Below, piece by piece: positions 14,035 to 31,395 of a DNA stretch of 64,000 bases (position 1 is the stretch's first letter; every line of letters starts with the position of its first letter). The position numbers and the translations under genes are program-made. The DNA is from Escherichia coli (lineage in GTDB: Bacteria > Pseudomonadota > Gammaproteobacteria > Enterobacterales > Enterobacteriaceae): NCBI RefSeq assembly GCF_011045215.1, contig NZ_CP049201.1. One strand, given 5' to 3'. Under the pieces are notes generated by a model, which was not told where the DNA came from, searched no databases, and saw only the letters and a program-made list of their open reading frames with translations.

Positions 14035-14601
14035 ATGTCATTCACAAATACCCCTGAACGCTATGGTGTTATATCTGCGGCCTTCCATTGGCTAAGCGCA
14101 ATTATTGTCTACGGCATGTTTGCTTTAGGTCTGTGGATGGTCACGCTCAGTTATTACGATGGCTGGTATCACAAAGCACCCGAACTGCATAAAAGCATCG
14201 GTATTTTGTTAATGATGGGGCTGGTTATTCGCGTTCTGTGGCGTGTCATATCTCCACCGCCGGGTCCGCTGCCGAGTTATTCGCCCATGACTCGTCTTGC
14301 CGCAAAGGCTGGACATCTCGCATTGTACCTATTGCTGTTCGCCATCGGCATCAGCGGCTATCTGATCTCAACTGCCGATGGTAAACCGATCAGCGTTTTT
14401 GGCTGGTTTGACGTCCCCGCGACCCTTGCCGACGCTGGCGCACAGGCAGACTTTGCCGGTGCCCTGCATTTTTGGCTCGCGTGGAGCGTCGTAGTACTGT
14501 CCGTTATGCACGGATTTATGGCCCTGAAGCATCATTTCATCGATAAAGACGACACTCTGAAGCGCATGCTGGGAAAGTCGTCATCTGACTATGGAGTATA
14601 A
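14035..14601 (+). CDS. yceJ: cytochrome b561-family protein YceJ
   Basis: ORF track 13960..14601; ATG at 14035 gives 188 aa MSFTNTPERYGVISAAFHWLSAIIVYGMFALGLWMV... Confidence 0.88.
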   Translation: MSFTNTPERYGVISAAFHWLSAIIVYGMFALGLWMVTLSYYDGWYHKAPELHKSIGILLMMGLVIRVLWRVISPPPGPLPSYSPMTRLAAKAGHLALYLLLFAIGISGYLISTADGKPISVFGWFDVPATLADAGAQADFAGALHFWLAWSVVVLSVMHGFMALKHHFIDKDDTLKRMLGKSSSDYGV

Positions 14602-14604
14602 AAA

Positions 14605-15180
14605 ATGAAAAAAAGCCTGCTTGGTTTAACCTTCGCGTCCCTGATGTTCTCTGCCGGTTCAGCGGTTGCCGCCGATTACAAAATTGACAAAGAAGGTCAG
14701 CACGCCTTTGTTAATTTCCGCATCCAGCACCTTGGCTATAGCTGGTTATACGGCACCTTTAAAGATTTCGACGGTACTTTTACCTTTGACGAAAAAAATC
14801 CGGCTGCAGATAAAGTGAATGTGACAATTAACACCACCAGCGTCGATACTAATCACGCCGAACGCGATAAACATCTTCGCAGTGCAGATTTCCTCAATAC
14901 CGCAAAATATCCACAGGCAACATTCACCTCCACCAGCGTGAAGAAAGACGGTGACGAACTGGATATTACCGGCGATCTGACGCTGAATGGCGTAACCAAA
15001 CCCGTCACGCTGGAAGCGAAATTAATTGGTCAGGGCGACGACCCATGGGGTGGTAAACGTGCAGGCTTCGAGGCCGAAGGCAAAATTAAGCTCAAGGACT
15101 TCAATATCAAGACAGATTTAGGTCCAGCTTCTCAGGAAGTGGATCTGATTATTTCAGTGGAAGGCGTACAGCAGAAGTAA
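14605..15180 (+). CDS. yceI: periplasmic protein YceI
   Basis: ORF track 191 aa, [47 protein letters not shown]... with signal peptide. Confidence 0.92.
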
Positions 15181-15190
15181 GAGTGAAATG

Positions 15191-15215
15191 TTGCCGGATG
15201 GCACGCATCCGGCAA
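15191..15215. terminator. bidirectional hairpin between convergent yceI and yceA
   Basis: TTGCCGGATG-GCAC-GCATCCGGCAA perfect inverted repeat in the 41-nt gap. Confidence 0.65.
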
Positions 15216-15221
15216 TGATAT

Positions 15222-16274
15222 TTATTCCGTTGGATCAGGAATGCCCAGTGTTGTATTCAGACGTCCACGAGACTTATTAAAGATCTTATTGCCATTTTCA
15301 CGTCCTGCCCGACGGCGTCGCTGTTCTTCTGGCGGTAACGCGCTTTCTTCGCAGCAAATCTCACTACAACAACCTTTGTATTTTTCCGCACATACTGGAC
15401 ACTGAATAAACAGCAGGTGGCAGCCATCATTTTTACAGTTGGTATGGCTGTCGCACGGCGCGCCGCACTGGTGGCAATGCGCGATAATCTCATCCGATAT
15501 ACGTTCGCCCATCCGCTCGTCAAAAACAAAATTTTTGCCAATAAAACGCACCGGCAAGCCCTGCTCGCGCGCCTTACGGGCGTATTCAATAATTCCGCCC
15601 TCGATATGCCAGACTTTGTTGAATCCGTTATGTTTCATCCAGGCACTGGCCTTTTCACAACGAATGCCGCCGGTGCAGTACATGACGATTTTTTTATCTT
15701 TATGTGCCTGCATCATCTCGACTGCTTTTGGCAGCTGCTCACGGAAGGTATCTGCCGGAATTTCGAGCGCGTTTTCAAAGTGCCCCACTTCATACTCATA
15801 GTGGTTACGCATGTCGATAAATAGTGCATCGGGATCGTCAAGCATGGCGTTCACTTCCGCCGCTTGCAGATACTCACCAACATTGCTGGCATCAAAGTGA
15901 GGATCGTCAATACCGTCGGCAACAATGCGATCGCGTACCTTCATGCGCAGTACCCAGAAAGATTTCCCGTCATCATCCAACGCGATATTCAGGCGTAAAC
16001 CCTCTAAAGCCGGGTCGAAGGCATAGAGCTGCGCGCGAAATGTTTCAACATTGCTCGCAGGTACGCTGATTTGCGCGTTAATGCCCTCATGCGCCAGATA
16101 CACTCGCCCAAAAACATTCAGCGCGGTAAACAGCTGATATAAAGCGTCACGGGTCGCCTTAGGATCGGCGATGTGGAAATACTTGTAAAACGAAATGGTG
16201 GTTCGCGGTTCGCTCTCAGCCAACATTTTGGCTTTTAGCGCGTCGTTGGAAATGCGGTTGTGTAACACTGGCAT
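15222..16274 (-). CDS. trhO: rhodanese-domain tRNA uridine(34) hydroxylase YceA/TrhO
   Basis: ORF track 15222..16328; residue 19 Met gives 350 aa [33 protein letters not shown]... Confidence 0.9.
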
Positions 16275-16498
16275 GGTGTACGGTTCCTGCGAGATGGGAA
16301 AGTAAAAATCCGCGGCATGATATAGCAATTATCGATAATTAACATCCACACATTTTACGCTACATTTGCGCATTAAAAATTATTTGTTATTTACAAGCGC
16401 GGCAATTTCGCCCAGTCTTCAGCCACAAATTTTGGTTGCGGGCGAAAAAATGCGACAATACATACAATTGCCCGAATAGGTTGAAAAACAGGATTGAT

Positions 16499-17419
16499 AT
16501 GACGAATCTACCCAAGTTCTCCACCGCACTGCTTCATCCGCGTTATTGGTTAACCTGGTTGGGTATTGGCGTACTTTGGTTAGTCGTGCAATTGCCCTAC
16601 CCGGTTATCTACCGCCTCGGTTGTGGATTAGGAAAACTGGCGTTACGTTTTATGAAACGACGCGCAAAAATTGTGCATCGCAACCTGGAACTGTGCTTCC
16701 CGGAAATGAGCGAACAAGAACGCCGTAAAATGGTGGTGAAGAATTTCGAATCCGTTGGCATGGGCCTGATGGAAACCGGCATGGCGTGGTTCTGGCCGGA
16801 CCGCCGAATCGCCCGCTGGACGGAAGTGATCGGCATGGAACACATTCGTGACGTGCAGGCGCAAAAACGCGGCATCCTGTTAGTTGGCATCCATTTTCTG
16901 ACACTGGAACTGGGCGCGCGGCAGTTTGGTATGCAGGAACCGGGGATTGGCGTTTACCGCCCGAACGATAATCCACTGATTGACTGGCTACAAACCTGGG
17001 GCCGTTTGCGCTCAAATAAATCGATGCTCGACCGCAAAGATTTAAAAGGCATGATTAAAGCCCTGAAAAAAGGCGAAGTGGTCTGGTACGCACCGGATCA
17101 TGATTACGGCCCGCGCTCAAGCGTTTTCGTCCCGTTATTTGCCGTTGAGCAGGCTGCGACCACGACCGGAACCTGGATGCTGGCACGGATGTCCGGCGCA
17201 TGTCTGGTGCCCTTCGTTCCACGCCGTAAGCCAGATGGCAAAGGGTATCAATTGATTATGCTGCCGCCAGAGTGTTCTCCGCCACTGGATGATGCCGAAA
17301 CTACCGCCGCGTGGATGAACAAAGTGGTCGAAAAATGCATCATGATGGCACCAGAGCAGTATATGTGGTTACACCGTCGCTTTAAAACACGCCCGGAAGG
17401 CGTTCCTTCACGCTATTAA
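16499..17419 (+). CDS. lpxL: lipid A lauroyl acyltransferase LpxL (HtrB)
   Basis: ORF track 16436..17419 begins with an alternative TTG; ATG at 16499 gives 306 aa [28 protein letters not shown]... Confidence 0.92.
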
Positions 17420-17590
17420 ATCTCCCCTGCCGGATGCTTCAGAATGGCATCCGGCATTACCACAGCAAATCCCCCTGATTTAGCGATAAAAGCTCTCTGG
17501 ATTGCGCCCCCTGGAAGTCGGGCGCATAATTAGTGTGCTTATCTTTTCTTCTTATGTTCACCGCGCCTGGCGCACCAACAGCGGATTGCT

Positions 17591-18817
17591 ATGTCACCCT
17601 GTGAAAATGACACCCCTATAAACTGGAAACGAAACCTGATCGTCGCCTGGCTAGGCTGTTTTCTTACCGGTGCCGCCTTCAGTCTGGTAATGCCCTTCTT
17701 ACCCCTCTACGTTGAGCAGCTTGGCGTTACCGGTCACTCCGCCCTGAATATGTGGTCCGGTATTGTCTTCAGCATTACATTTTTATTTTCGGCCATCGCC
17801 TCACCGTTTTGGGGTGGACTCGCCGACCGTAAAGGCCGAAAACTCATGCTATTACGCTCTGCCCTCGGCATGGGCATCGTGATGGTGTTGATGGGACTGG
17901 CACAAAATATCTGGCAGTTTTTGATCCTACGGGCGCTTCTTGGGTTACTTGGCGGATTTGTCCCCAACGCTAATGCTCTTATCGCCACACAAGTACCGCG
18001 TAATAAAAGCGGCTGGGCGCTGGGTACGCTCTCCACAGGCGGCGTTAGTGGTGCGTTGCTCGGCCCAATGGCTGGCGGCCTGCTCGCCGATAGCTACGGC
18101 TTACGTCCGGTATTCTTTATTACCGCCAGTGTGCTCATACTCTGCTTTTTCGTCACCCTGTTCTGCATCAGAGAAAAATTCCAGCCGGTCAGCAAAAAAG
18201 AGATGCTGCACATGCGGGAAGTGGTGACATCACTTAAAAACCCGAAACTGGTACTCAGCCTGTTTGTCACCACGTTAATCATCCAGGTGGCGACAGGCTC
18301 AATTGCCCCCATTCTGACGCTGTATGTCCGCGAACTGGCGGGTAACGTCAGTAACGTCGCCTTTATCAGTGGCATGATCGCCTCGGTGCCAGGCGTGGCG
18401 GCTCTGCTAAGCGCACCACGACTCGGCAAACTTGGCGATCGAATCGGACCCGAAAAGATCCTGATTACAGCGCTGATCTTTTCTGTACTGCTGTTGATCC
18501 CAATGTCTTACGTTCAGACGCCATTGCAACTTGGGATTTTACGTTTTTTGCTCGGTGCCGCCGATGGTGCACTACTCCCCGCCGTACAGACACTGTTGGT
18601 TTACAACTCGAGCAACCAGATCGCCGGGCGTATCTTCAGCTATAACCAATCGTTTCGTGATATTGGCAACGTTACCGGACCATTGATGGGAGCAGCGATT
18701 TCAGCGAACTACGGTTTCAGAGCGGTATTTCTCGTCACCGCTGGCGTAGTGTTATTCAACGCAGTCTATTCATGGAACAGTCTACGTCGTCGTCGAATAC
18801 CCCAGGTATCGAACTGA
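17591..18817 (+). CDS. mdtG: MFS multidrug efflux transporter MdtG
   Basis: ORF track 408 aa, [41 protein letters not shown]... Confidence 0.92.
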
Positions 18818-18899
18818 TTTTTCGCCTTTCATACTTGCAAAAGCGGAGAATCAGCTATCCTTTTCCCTGAAACCTCATCAACTCAAAGGGAGAATCGTG

Positions 18900-19274
18900 A
18901 TGACCATGTACGCAACGCTTGAAGAAGCCATTGACGCTGCACGCGAAGAATTTCTTGCAGACAACCCCGGCATCGACGCCGAAGATGCGAATGTGCAACA
19001 GTTCAATGCCCAAAAATACGTTTTGCAGGACGGCGACATCATGTGGCAAGTTGAGTTTTTTGCCGACGAAGGGGAAGAAGGTGAATGTTTACCTATGCTT
19101 AGCGGTGAAGCCGCGCAAAGTGTTTTTGATGGCGACTATGATGAGATAGAGATACGCCAGGAGTGGCAGGAAGAGAATACATTACATGAATGGGACGAGG
19201 GGGAATTTCAGCTTGAGCCACCGCTGGATACCGAGGAAGGACGCGCAGCAGCTGATGAGTGGGATGAACGTTAA
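18900..19274 (+). CDS. msyB: acidic protein MsyB
   Basis: ORF track 18897..19274; 124 aa from ATG at 18900, MTMYATLEEAIDAAREEFLADNPGIDAEDANV..., very acidic. Confidence 0.9.
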   Translation: MTMYATLEEAIDAAREEFLADNPGIDAEDANVQQFNAQKYVLQDGDIMWQVEFFADEGEEGECLPMLSGEAAQSVFDGDYDEIEIRQEWQEENTLHEWDEGEFQLEPPLDTEEGRAAADEWDER

Positions 19275-19502
19275 TCACTCATACGGGCCATGATGAATGT
19301 CGATCGGCAGCAGTAAAGTATCAAAAACCAGAGAGAATGGCAGATCAAGGATCGTGACATAACGCCAGGCGGAGTCACGCACATCCCATTGCACACCGGG
19401 ATAATATTGGTTGCCATGCCCCTGCCCCGGTATAGTGCGACTAATAATGCTGCCACAGCCACTCAGCAAGGTCACCATGATGCTCACCACAATTAAACGC
19501 AT
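19275..19502 (-). CDS. yceK: lipoprotein YceK
   Basis: ORF track 75 aa, MRLIVVSIMVTLLSGCGSIISRTIPGQGHGNQYYPGV... (lipobox LSGC); convergent with msyB with no spacer. Confidence 0.88.
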   Translation of the reverse strand: MRLIVVSIMVTLLSGCGSIISRTIPGQGHGNQYYPGVQWDVRDSAWRYVTILDLPFSLVFDTLLLPIDIHHGPYE

Positions 19503-19518
19503 TTGATACCTCTTTCGT

Positions 19519-19551
19519 AAAAAAATACCGGCATAACGCCGGTATTTTTAT
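19519..19551 (-). terminator. rho-independent terminator after opgGH
   Basis: perfect hairpin ATACCGGC-ATAA-GCCGGTAT flanked by A-run and T-run. Confidence 0.7.
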
Positions 19552-19559
19552 TGGCTCGT

Positions 19560-19670
19560 TGTTTTTGCCGGATGCGGCGTGAACGCCTTATCCGACCCAC
19601 AAAATCTTGCAAAATCAATAAATTGCAGGAACGATGTAGGCCTGATAAGCGTAGCGCATCAGGCAACTAC
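19560..19670. repeat. REP (repetitive extragenic palindromic) element cluster
   Basis: GCCGGATGCGGCGTGAACGCCTTATCCGACC and GTAGGCCTGATAAGCGTAGCGCATCAGGC read directly, typical E. coli REP units. Confidence 0.75.
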
Positions 19671-19674
19671 GTTT

Positions 19675-23857
<4,183 letters not shown>

Positions 23858-24139
23858 TCAGCACGCTGGCTCATGGATTAAGCACCTGATTGCAACCGTT
23901 TTCACTTTCCGTGCTTCTCCTAAAGACAGAAGCATCGACTTCGTGTAGGGTTTGCCAGCAATTTTATTTATCAACCGTCTTACAGACGCTTCCATTCTGG
24001 TTAGTGGTAGCGATGATGCTATGCATAAAAACCTTGAAGCCTGCGCCTGGCGCGGTCAGGTCGGTGTCGCTATGGCAACAAGCCTAAAGGCATAACCCGA
24101 CAGGGATAAGACGAAAAATCCGAGATTAGTTAACCATAT

Positions 24140-25297
24140 ATGAATCCAGTACCCGCGCAACGTGAATATTTCCTCGACTCCATCCGCGCCTGGCTGATGT
24201 TGTTAGGGATCCCTTTTCATATTTCTTTAATCTATTCGAGCCATACATGGCATGTGAATAGCGCCGAACCGTCATTGTGGCTGACCCTTTTTAATGACTT
24301 CATCCACTCGTTCCGCATGCAGGTATTTTTCGTTATATCCGGCTACTTTTCCTACATGCTTTTTTTACGCTATCCCTTGAAAAAATGGTGGAAAGTACGT
24401 GTCGAACGTGTAGGTATCCCGATGTTAACAGCCATCCCCCTACTGACATTGCCGCAATTTATTATGCTGCAATACGTCAAAGGGAAAGCGGAAAGTTGGC
24501 CTGGGCTGTCATTGTATGACAAATATAATACGTTGGCCTGGGAATTAATATCACACCTGTGGTTTTTACTGGTGTTAGTAGTCATGACGACGCTGTGCGT
24601 ATGGATATTTAAACGCATCAGAAATAATTTAGAAAATTCTGATAAAACGAATAAAAAATTCTCGATGGTAAAACTATCGGTGATTTTTTTATGCCTCGGC
24701 ATCGGCTATGCGGTAATAAGAAGAACGATTTTTATTGTGTATCCGCCCATTCTGAGTAATGGCATGTTCAATTTTATTGTCATGCAAACGCTATTTTATT
24801 TGCCGTTCTTTATCCTCGGTGCACTGGCTTTCATTTTCCCTCATCTTAAAGCCTTGTTTACCACGCCGTCTCGTGGCTGTACCCTTGCAGCAGCATTGGC
24901 ATTTGTCGCTTATTTACTCAACCAGCGCTATGGCAGTGGCGATGCCTGGATGTACGAAACCGAGTCGGTGATCACCATGGTCCTCGGTCTGTGGATGGTG
25001 AATGTGGTCTTCTCCTTTGGCCACCGTTTGCTTAACTTCCAGTCAGCGCGGGTGACTTACTTTGTTAACGCATCGCTATTTATCTATCTGGTTCACCACC
25101 CGTTAACGCTGTTTTTCGGCGCATACATTACACCGCACATCACCTCCAACTGGCTTGGTTTTCTCTGTGGCCTGATATTCGTAGTAGGGATTGCGATAAT
25201 TCTGTATGAAATTCATTTACGCATCCCGTTACTGAAGTTTTTGTTTTCTGGTAAACCGGTTGTTAAGCGTGAGAACGATAAAGCACCAGCCCGTTAA
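24140..25297 (+). CDS. opgC: OPG succinyltransferase OpgC (MdoC)
   Basis: ORF track 385 aa, [39 protein letters not shown]..., polytopic membrane protein. Confidence 0.92.
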   Translation: MNPVPAQREYFLDSIRAWLMLLGIPFHISLIYSSHTWHVNSAEPSLWLTLFNDFIHSFRMQVFFVISGYFSYMLFLRYPLKKWWKVRVERVGIPMLTAIPLLTLPQFIMLQYVKGKAESWPGLSLYDKYNTLAWELISHLWFLLVLVVMTTLCVWIFKRIRNNLENSDKTNKKFSMVKLSVIFLCLGIGYAVIRRTIFIVYPPILSNGMFNFIVMQTLFYLPFFILGALAFIFPHLKALFTTPSRGCTLAAALAFVAYLLNQRYGSGDAWMYETESVITMVLGLWMVNVVFSFGHRLLNFQSARVTYFVNASLFIYLVHHPLTLFFGAYITPHITSNWLGFLCGLIFVVGIAIILYEIHLRIPLLKFLFSGKPVVKRENDKAPAR

Positions 25298-25304
25298 GCC
25301 ACAT

Positions 25305-26735
25305 TTACAATAACCATTCCACGGGCAATATCGACGCCAGTCTGACCATAACCCGCTTCCAGAAACTGGTGGCGGGTTCTTTTTTGAGAATAATCTCTTT
25401 CTTTGCATGACGATCAACCCAGTTGATCCGTCCCCACCTGTCCAGACGGAGCTGCCAGGCCGCATCATACTGGCTCTGAATAAAGCGTTTATCAATTAAC
25501 TGTGCCAGCGTTTCGCTCTCTATCACGAAGCCCATTTCAGTATTGAGCAATGTTGAACGCGGATCGAAATTGAAAGAGCCGATAAACACCGTTTTACCAT
25601 CGATGCTAAAGGTTTTAGCATGCAGGCTGGCTCCGGAATTACCGGTTATGCCGCGATCGTGTAACGTACTACTTTGTTCACGCGTCGGCTTGAGTTCATA
25701 TAATTCCACGCCATAGCGGAGCAATTTTTTGCGCCAGCGCGCGTATCCGGCATGGACGACAGCAACATCGTTAGCGGCAAGAGAATTGGTTAGGATCGCA
25801 ATCTTTACCCCTTTTCTCACCATCCGTAAGAGTTGCGCCACACCTGCGCGTGTCGGTACAAAATAGGAAGAGATAATATCGATGCGTTCACTGGGTGAGC
25901 CCATGATATCGAACAGGCGCTGCGGTAACAGTGAATGCCGTTTTGCCTTGCCCTCCCCTTTCGCCGGATCATCACTTAATAAACGTGTTTTCGCCCAGAT
26001 AAGCGGCAACGTTCCATCAACCAGATGATTTATAAACGGACTGGATTCCATTTTGCGTAAGTAACGATGCGTCATAGCATCGTTATGCCAGGAGGCGGGT
26101 AACTCGATGCGATCCGCCATTTCACCTTCCGGGACATCCAGCACTTGCTGTAAGGGTGAAACCGATTTGCAATACCAGTAGCGGGCGAAATCATCGGCAA
26201 CGTCCTCTACCACGGGCCCTATTGCCATAACATCTAAATCCGAAAAAAGTGGCTCTTCCCCTGCCCCAAAATAGGCATCACCAATATTTCGCCCCCCTAC
26301 CAGCGTCACCACGCCATCGACAGTGAAACTTTTATTGTGCATACGGCGATTGAGACGGGAAAAGTCGGTGATATAACCAAGCGGACGCAGCAAGCGAAAC
26401 GAGAAAGGATTAAAAAGCCGGACTTCAATGCGGGGATGGCTGTCAAGCAAGCGTAAAATGTCGTCAAGTCCGGGCGTATTGTTGTCGTCCAGCAACAAAC
26501 GGACGCGAACGCCACGCTTTGCTGCGGCTAACAGGGCGGAAAACAGTAACCGACCCGACATATCGTCCTGCCAGATGTAATACTGAACATCCAGCGTATG
26601 CTCTGCCATTTCGGCCAGACGATACCGGGCGGCAAACGCATCCAGACTTTTCTCCAGAGGGAAAAGACCACACTGACCGGGATGTTGCGAACACAGTGGC
26701 AGCACCGCGCTCGCCAGCCGGGGCAAATCATTCAT
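25305..26735 (-). CDS. clsC: cardiolipin synthase C ClsC (YmdC), phospholipase D family
   Basis: ORF track 25305..27002 (565 aa); the upstream part overlaps ymdB, so start placed at residue 90 Met, [21 protein letters not shown]..., 476 aa; start choice moderately uncertain. Confidence 0.85.
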   Translation of the reverse strand: MNDLPRLASAVLPLCSQHPGQCGLFPLEKSLDAFAARYRLAEMAEHTLDVQYYIWQDDMSGRLLFSALLAAAKRGVRVRLLLDDNNTPGLDDILRLLDSHPRIEVRLFNPFSFRLLRPLGYITDFSRLNRRMHNKSFTVDGVVTLVGGRNIGDAYFGAGEEPLFSDLDVMAIGPVVEDVADDFARYWYCKSVSPLQQVLDVPEGEMADRIELPASWHNDAMTHRYLRKMESSPFINHLVDGTLPLIWAKTRLLSDDPAKGEGKAKRHSLLPQRLFDIMGSPSERIDIISSYFVPTRAGVAQLLRMVRKGVKIAILTNSLAANDVAVVHAGYARWRKKLLRYGVELYELKPTREQSSTLHDRGITGNSGASLHAKTFSIDGKTVFIGSFNFDPRSTLLNTEMGFVIESETLAQLIDKRFIQSQYDAAWQLRLDRWGRINWVDRHAKKEIILKKEPATSFWKRVMVRLASILPVEWLL

Positions 26736-27261
26736 CTCCTTGTTGGGTAAGGAGTCTTTCGTAGAGGTGGGCGTTTTCTTCATCATAACAGACAAAGTAT
26801 ACCTGTTCGGGTAAAGCGTGACGGGTAATAAATTCTGAAACGGTTTTAACTGCGATTTCAGCCGCTGCCGCACGAGGGTAACCATAAACCCCAGTACTGA
26901 TTGCAGGAAAAGCCACTGACGTATAGCTGTTTGCCGCCACCAGTCGTAGGCTATTGAGATAGGCATCCTGCAAAAGCTGGTCTTCGTTTTGTTCACCACC
27001 ACGCCAGACTGGCCCGACGGTGTGCACTACGGCTTTAGCGGGAAGAGCGCCTGCAAGCGTAATAACGGCATGCCCCGTAGGGCAATCGCCCTGCTGTTGC
27101 CTGACTTTTAAACAGGCATCCAGCAGGGCCGGACCCGCTGCGCGATGAATGGCCCCATCGACGCCGCCGCCTCCCATTAATGACGGATTAGCCGCATTCA
27201 CAATCACATCAACGGCCAGTTTGGTAATATCACCCTGCACAACATGAATACGCGTTTTCAT
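26728..27261 (-). CDS. ymdB: macro-domain O-acetyl-ADP-ribose deacetylase YmdB
   Basis: ORF track 177 aa, [43 protein letters not shown]...; stop overlaps clsC start by 8 nt. Confidence 0.93.
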   Translation of the reverse strand: MKTRIHVVQGDITKLAVDVIVNAANPSLMGGGGVDGAIHRAAGPALLDACLKVRQQQGDCPTGHAVITLAGALPAKAVVHTVGPVWRGGEQNEDQLLQDAYLNSLRLVAANSYTSVAFPAISTGVYGYPRAAAAEIAVKTVSEFITRHALPEQVYFVCYDEENAHLYERLLTQQGDE

Positions 27262-27355
27262 AACGCCTCCTTACACCTTCTTGTTTCTTAAGTGTACAGC
27301 AGGCTTTTTGGTTAAATCGCATTTTTCTGCTCAGCAACGTGCGTTGTTCAGAAAC

Positions 27356-28120
<765 letters not shown>

Positions 28121-28138
28121 ATTCTTCTCCCGAAAAAA

Positions 28139-28166
28139 AACAGGGCTTGCGCCCTGTTTCTGTAAT
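28139..28166 (-). terminator. terminator after csgBA
   Basis: hairpin ACAGGGC-TTGC-GCCCTGT with T-run on the minus strand, between csgA stop and csgC start. Confidence 0.65.
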
Positions 28167-28178
28167 ACAAATGATGTA

Positions 28179-28634
28179 TTAGTACTGATGAGCGGTCGCG
28201 TTGTTACCAAAGCCAACCTGAGTCACGTTGACGGAGGAGTTAGATGCAGTCTGGTCAACTGCAGCACCGTTGCCACCACCGAACTGTTTAACCGTCATTT
28301 CAGAATTTTTGCCGTTCCACTGATCAAGAGTGGCGCTGTTACCGAAGCCACGTTGGGTCAGATCGATTGAGCTGTCATCTGAGCCCTGACCTACATCTGC
28401 ACCATTACCACCGCCATGCTGGGTAATAGTCAAGTCAGAGTTACGGGCATCAGTTTGCAGAGCAAGTGCAGAGTTACCGCCACCGTACTGGTAAATGTTC
28501 AGCTCTGAATTTGGGCCGCTATTATTACCGCCACCACCGTGGTTACCGCCGCCGCCGTACTGAGGAACAACACCTGCCAGAGCGCTACCGGAGAATACGA
28601 TTGCTGCAATTGCTGCTACTTTTAAAAGTTTCAT
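28179..28634 (-). CDS. csgA: major curlin subunit CsgA
   Basis: ORF track 151 aa, MKLLKVAAIAAIVFSGSALAGVVPQYGGGGNHGGGGNNSGPNSELNIYQYGGGNSALALQTDARNSDLTITQHGGGNGADVGQGSDDSSIDLTQRGFGNSATLDQW... Confidence 0.97.
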   Translation of the reverse strand: MKLLKVAAIAAIVFSGSALAGVVPQYGGGGNHGGGGNNSGPNSELNIYQYGGGNSALALQTDARNSDLTITQHGGGNGADVGQGSDDSSIDLTQRGFGNSATLDQWNGKNSEMTVKQFGGGNGAAVDQTASNSSVNVTQVGFGNNATAHQY

Positions 28635-28674
28635 GTAAAACCCCCATCGGATTGATTTAAAAGTCGAATGGAAA

Positions 28675-29130
28675 TTAACGTTGTGTCACGCGAATAGCCA
28701 TTTGCGACTGTCTCTGCACTACAATTGCCGTTTTTTGAGTACCATACTGTGTAATATTTGCTTTATTACCAGAACCTTTCTGGATAATCATCGCAGTATT
28801 ACCATAAGCACCTTGCGAAATACTGGCATCGTTGGCACTGCCCGCCTGATCAATATATGCAAGGTTATAATCTCCTGTCTGGTCAATCTTTGCCCGGTTG
28901 CTACTACCTTCTTGCGCAACAACCGCCAAAAGTTTTGAGCCTCCCTGCCGTAACTGAGCACTATTATTCGTCCCAGCTTGACCAATTATGGCTGCCTGAT
29001 TAAATGAAGACTTACTCAATTCATTTACCGCGAAGTTATATTCTGAATTAGCTAAATCATAACCTGCTGCGGCTGCAATCCCAGGCGCACCCAGTATTGT
29101 TAACATCATAAATAACAATTTGTTTTTCAT
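28675..29130 (-). CDS. csgB: minor curlin / nucleator CsgB
   Basis: ORF track 28675..29157; residue 10 Met gives 151 aa MKNKLLFMMLTILGAPGIAAAAGYDLANSEYNFAVNELSKS... Confidence 0.95.
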   Translation of the reverse strand: MKNKLLFMMLTILGAPGIAAAAGYDLANSEYNFAVNELSKSSFNQAAIIGQAGTNNSAQLRQGGSKLLAVVAQEGSSNRAKIDQTGDYNLAYIDQAGSANDASISQGAYGNTAMIIQKGSGNKANITQYGTQKTAIVVQRQSQMAIRVTQR

Positions 29131-29883
29131 GTTGTCACCCTGGACCTGGTCGTACATTTAAGAAATTAAATCATTTCAACTTGGTTGTTAACGCAACCTG
29201 TATTTTGTTAACGCTGCGTTACGATGGAAAGTATGTCTGCGGAAATATTTTTAATAACTCACCCGCGCGTTGTATTTTTCTTTTTTTGTTCATACCAAAG
29301 TATTAAAACCCACGTAAATACGCTGTTATCTACGCAAAAAATATTTTGTTTTCTTTTAAATCTCCGTTTTCCGCTATCAAAAATCACCAGACAGTCATTT
29401 TTCTTGCCCGTCGCTGATTGCTGCGATATGTCTTGCGCACAAGCCGTGACAAACCTCGTCTTTTTGCAGTAAAAAATTGTCCACGGAGGTGCGGAGAAAA
29501 AACAAGAACGTTTCACATGACGAAAGGACTACACCGAAATATTTTTTATATGTATTATTAGTAAGTTATCACCATTTGTATGATTTTTTAAAATTGTGCA
29601 ATAAAAACCAAATGTACAACTTTTCTATCATTTCTAAACTTAATAAAACCTTAAGATTAACATTTTAATATAACTAGTTACATTTAGTTACATGTTTAAC
29701 ACTTGATTTAAGATTTGTAATGGCTAGATTGAAATCAGATGTAATCCATTAGTTTTATATTTTACCCATTTAGGGCTGATTTATTACTACACACAGCAGT
29801 GCAACATCTGTCAGTACTTCTGGTGCTTCTATTTTAGAGGCAGCTGTCAGGTGTGCGATCAATAAAAAAAGCGGGGTTTCATC
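29131..29883. promoter_or_regulatory. csgBAC / csgDEFG divergent intergenic regulatory region
   Basis: 753-bp AT-rich spacer between divergent csgB and csgD; contains the GTTACATTTAGTTACATGTTTAACAC stretch recalled as the OmpR-binding region upstream of csgD; individual sites not mapped. Confidence 0.8.
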
Positions 29884-30534
<651 letters not shown>

Positions 30535-30538
30535 AGCC

Positions 30539-30928
30539 ATGAAACGTTATTTACGCTGGATTGTGGCGGCAGAATTTCTGTTCGCCGCAGGGAATCTTCA
30601 CGCCGTTGAGGTAGAAGTCCCGGGATTGTTAACTGACCATACTGTTTCATCTATTGGCCATGATTTTTACCGAGCCTTTAGTGATAAATGGGAAAGTGAC
30701 TATACGGGTAACTTAACGATTAATGAAAGGCCCAGTGCACGATGGGGAAGCTGGATCACTATAACGGTCAATCAGGACGTTATTTTCCAGACTTTTTTAT
30801 TTCCGTTGAAAAGAGACTTCGAGAAAACTGTCGTCTTTGCAATGATTCAAACTGAAGAAGCACTAAATCGTCGCCAGATAAATCAGGCGTTATTAAGTAC
30901 GGGCGATTTGGCGCATGATGAATTCTAA
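30539..30928 (+). CDS. csgE: curli secretion specificity factor CsgE
   Basis: ORF track 129 aa, [36 protein letters not shown]... Confidence 0.95.
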   Translation: MKRYLRWIVAAEFLFAAGNLHAVEVEVPGLLTDHTVSSIGHDFYRAFSDKWESDYTGNLTINERPSARWGSWITITVNQDVIFQTFLFPLKRDFEKTVVFAMIQTEEALNRRQINQALLSTGDLAHDEF

Positions 30929-30952
30929 ATAAAAAATTGTTCGGAGGCTGCA

Positions 30953-31369
30953 ATGCGTGTCAAACATGCAGTAGTTCTACTCATGCTTATTTCGCCATTA
31001 AGTTGGGCTGGAACCATGACTTTCCAGTTCCGTAATCCAAACTTTGGTGGTAACCCAAATAATGGCGCTTTTTTATTAAATAGCGCTCAGGCCCAAAACT
31101 CTTATAAAGATCCGAGCTATAACGATGACTATGGTATTGAAACACCCTCAGCGTTAGATAACTTTACTCAGGCCATCCAGTCACAAATTTTGGGTGGGCT
31201 ACTGTCGAATATTAATACCGGCAAACCGGGCCGCATGGTGACCAACGATTATATTGTCGATATTGCCAACCGCGATGGTCAATTGCAGTTGAACGTGACA
31301 GATCGTAAAACCGGACAAACCTCGACTATCCAGGTTTCGGGTTTACAAAATAACTCAACCGATTTTTAA
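30953..31369 (+). CDS. csgF: curli assembly component CsgF
   Basis: ORF track 138 aa, [49 protein letters not shown]... Confidence 0.95.
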   Translation: MRVKHAVVLLMLISPLSWAGTMTFQFRNPNFGGNPNNGAFLLNSAQAQNSYKDPSYNDDYGIETPSALDNFTQAIQSQILGGLLSNINTGKPGRMVTNDYIVDIANRDGQLQLNVTDRKTGQTSTIQVSGLQNNSTDF

Positions 31370-31395
31370 GCCCCAGCTTCATAAGGAAAATAATC

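Noticed and set aside
17430-17457. Inverted repeat GCCGGATGC-N9-GCATCCGGC after lpxL as a terminator
   Set aside because: A good stem but no following T-run, so not called as an intrinsic terminator; could be a REP-like element or mRNA-stabilising hairpin
26736-27002. N-terminal extension of the clsC ORF to 565 aa
   Set aside because: The extension would run through most of the ymdB coding sequence in another frame; the internal Met overlapping the ymdB stop is the plausible start
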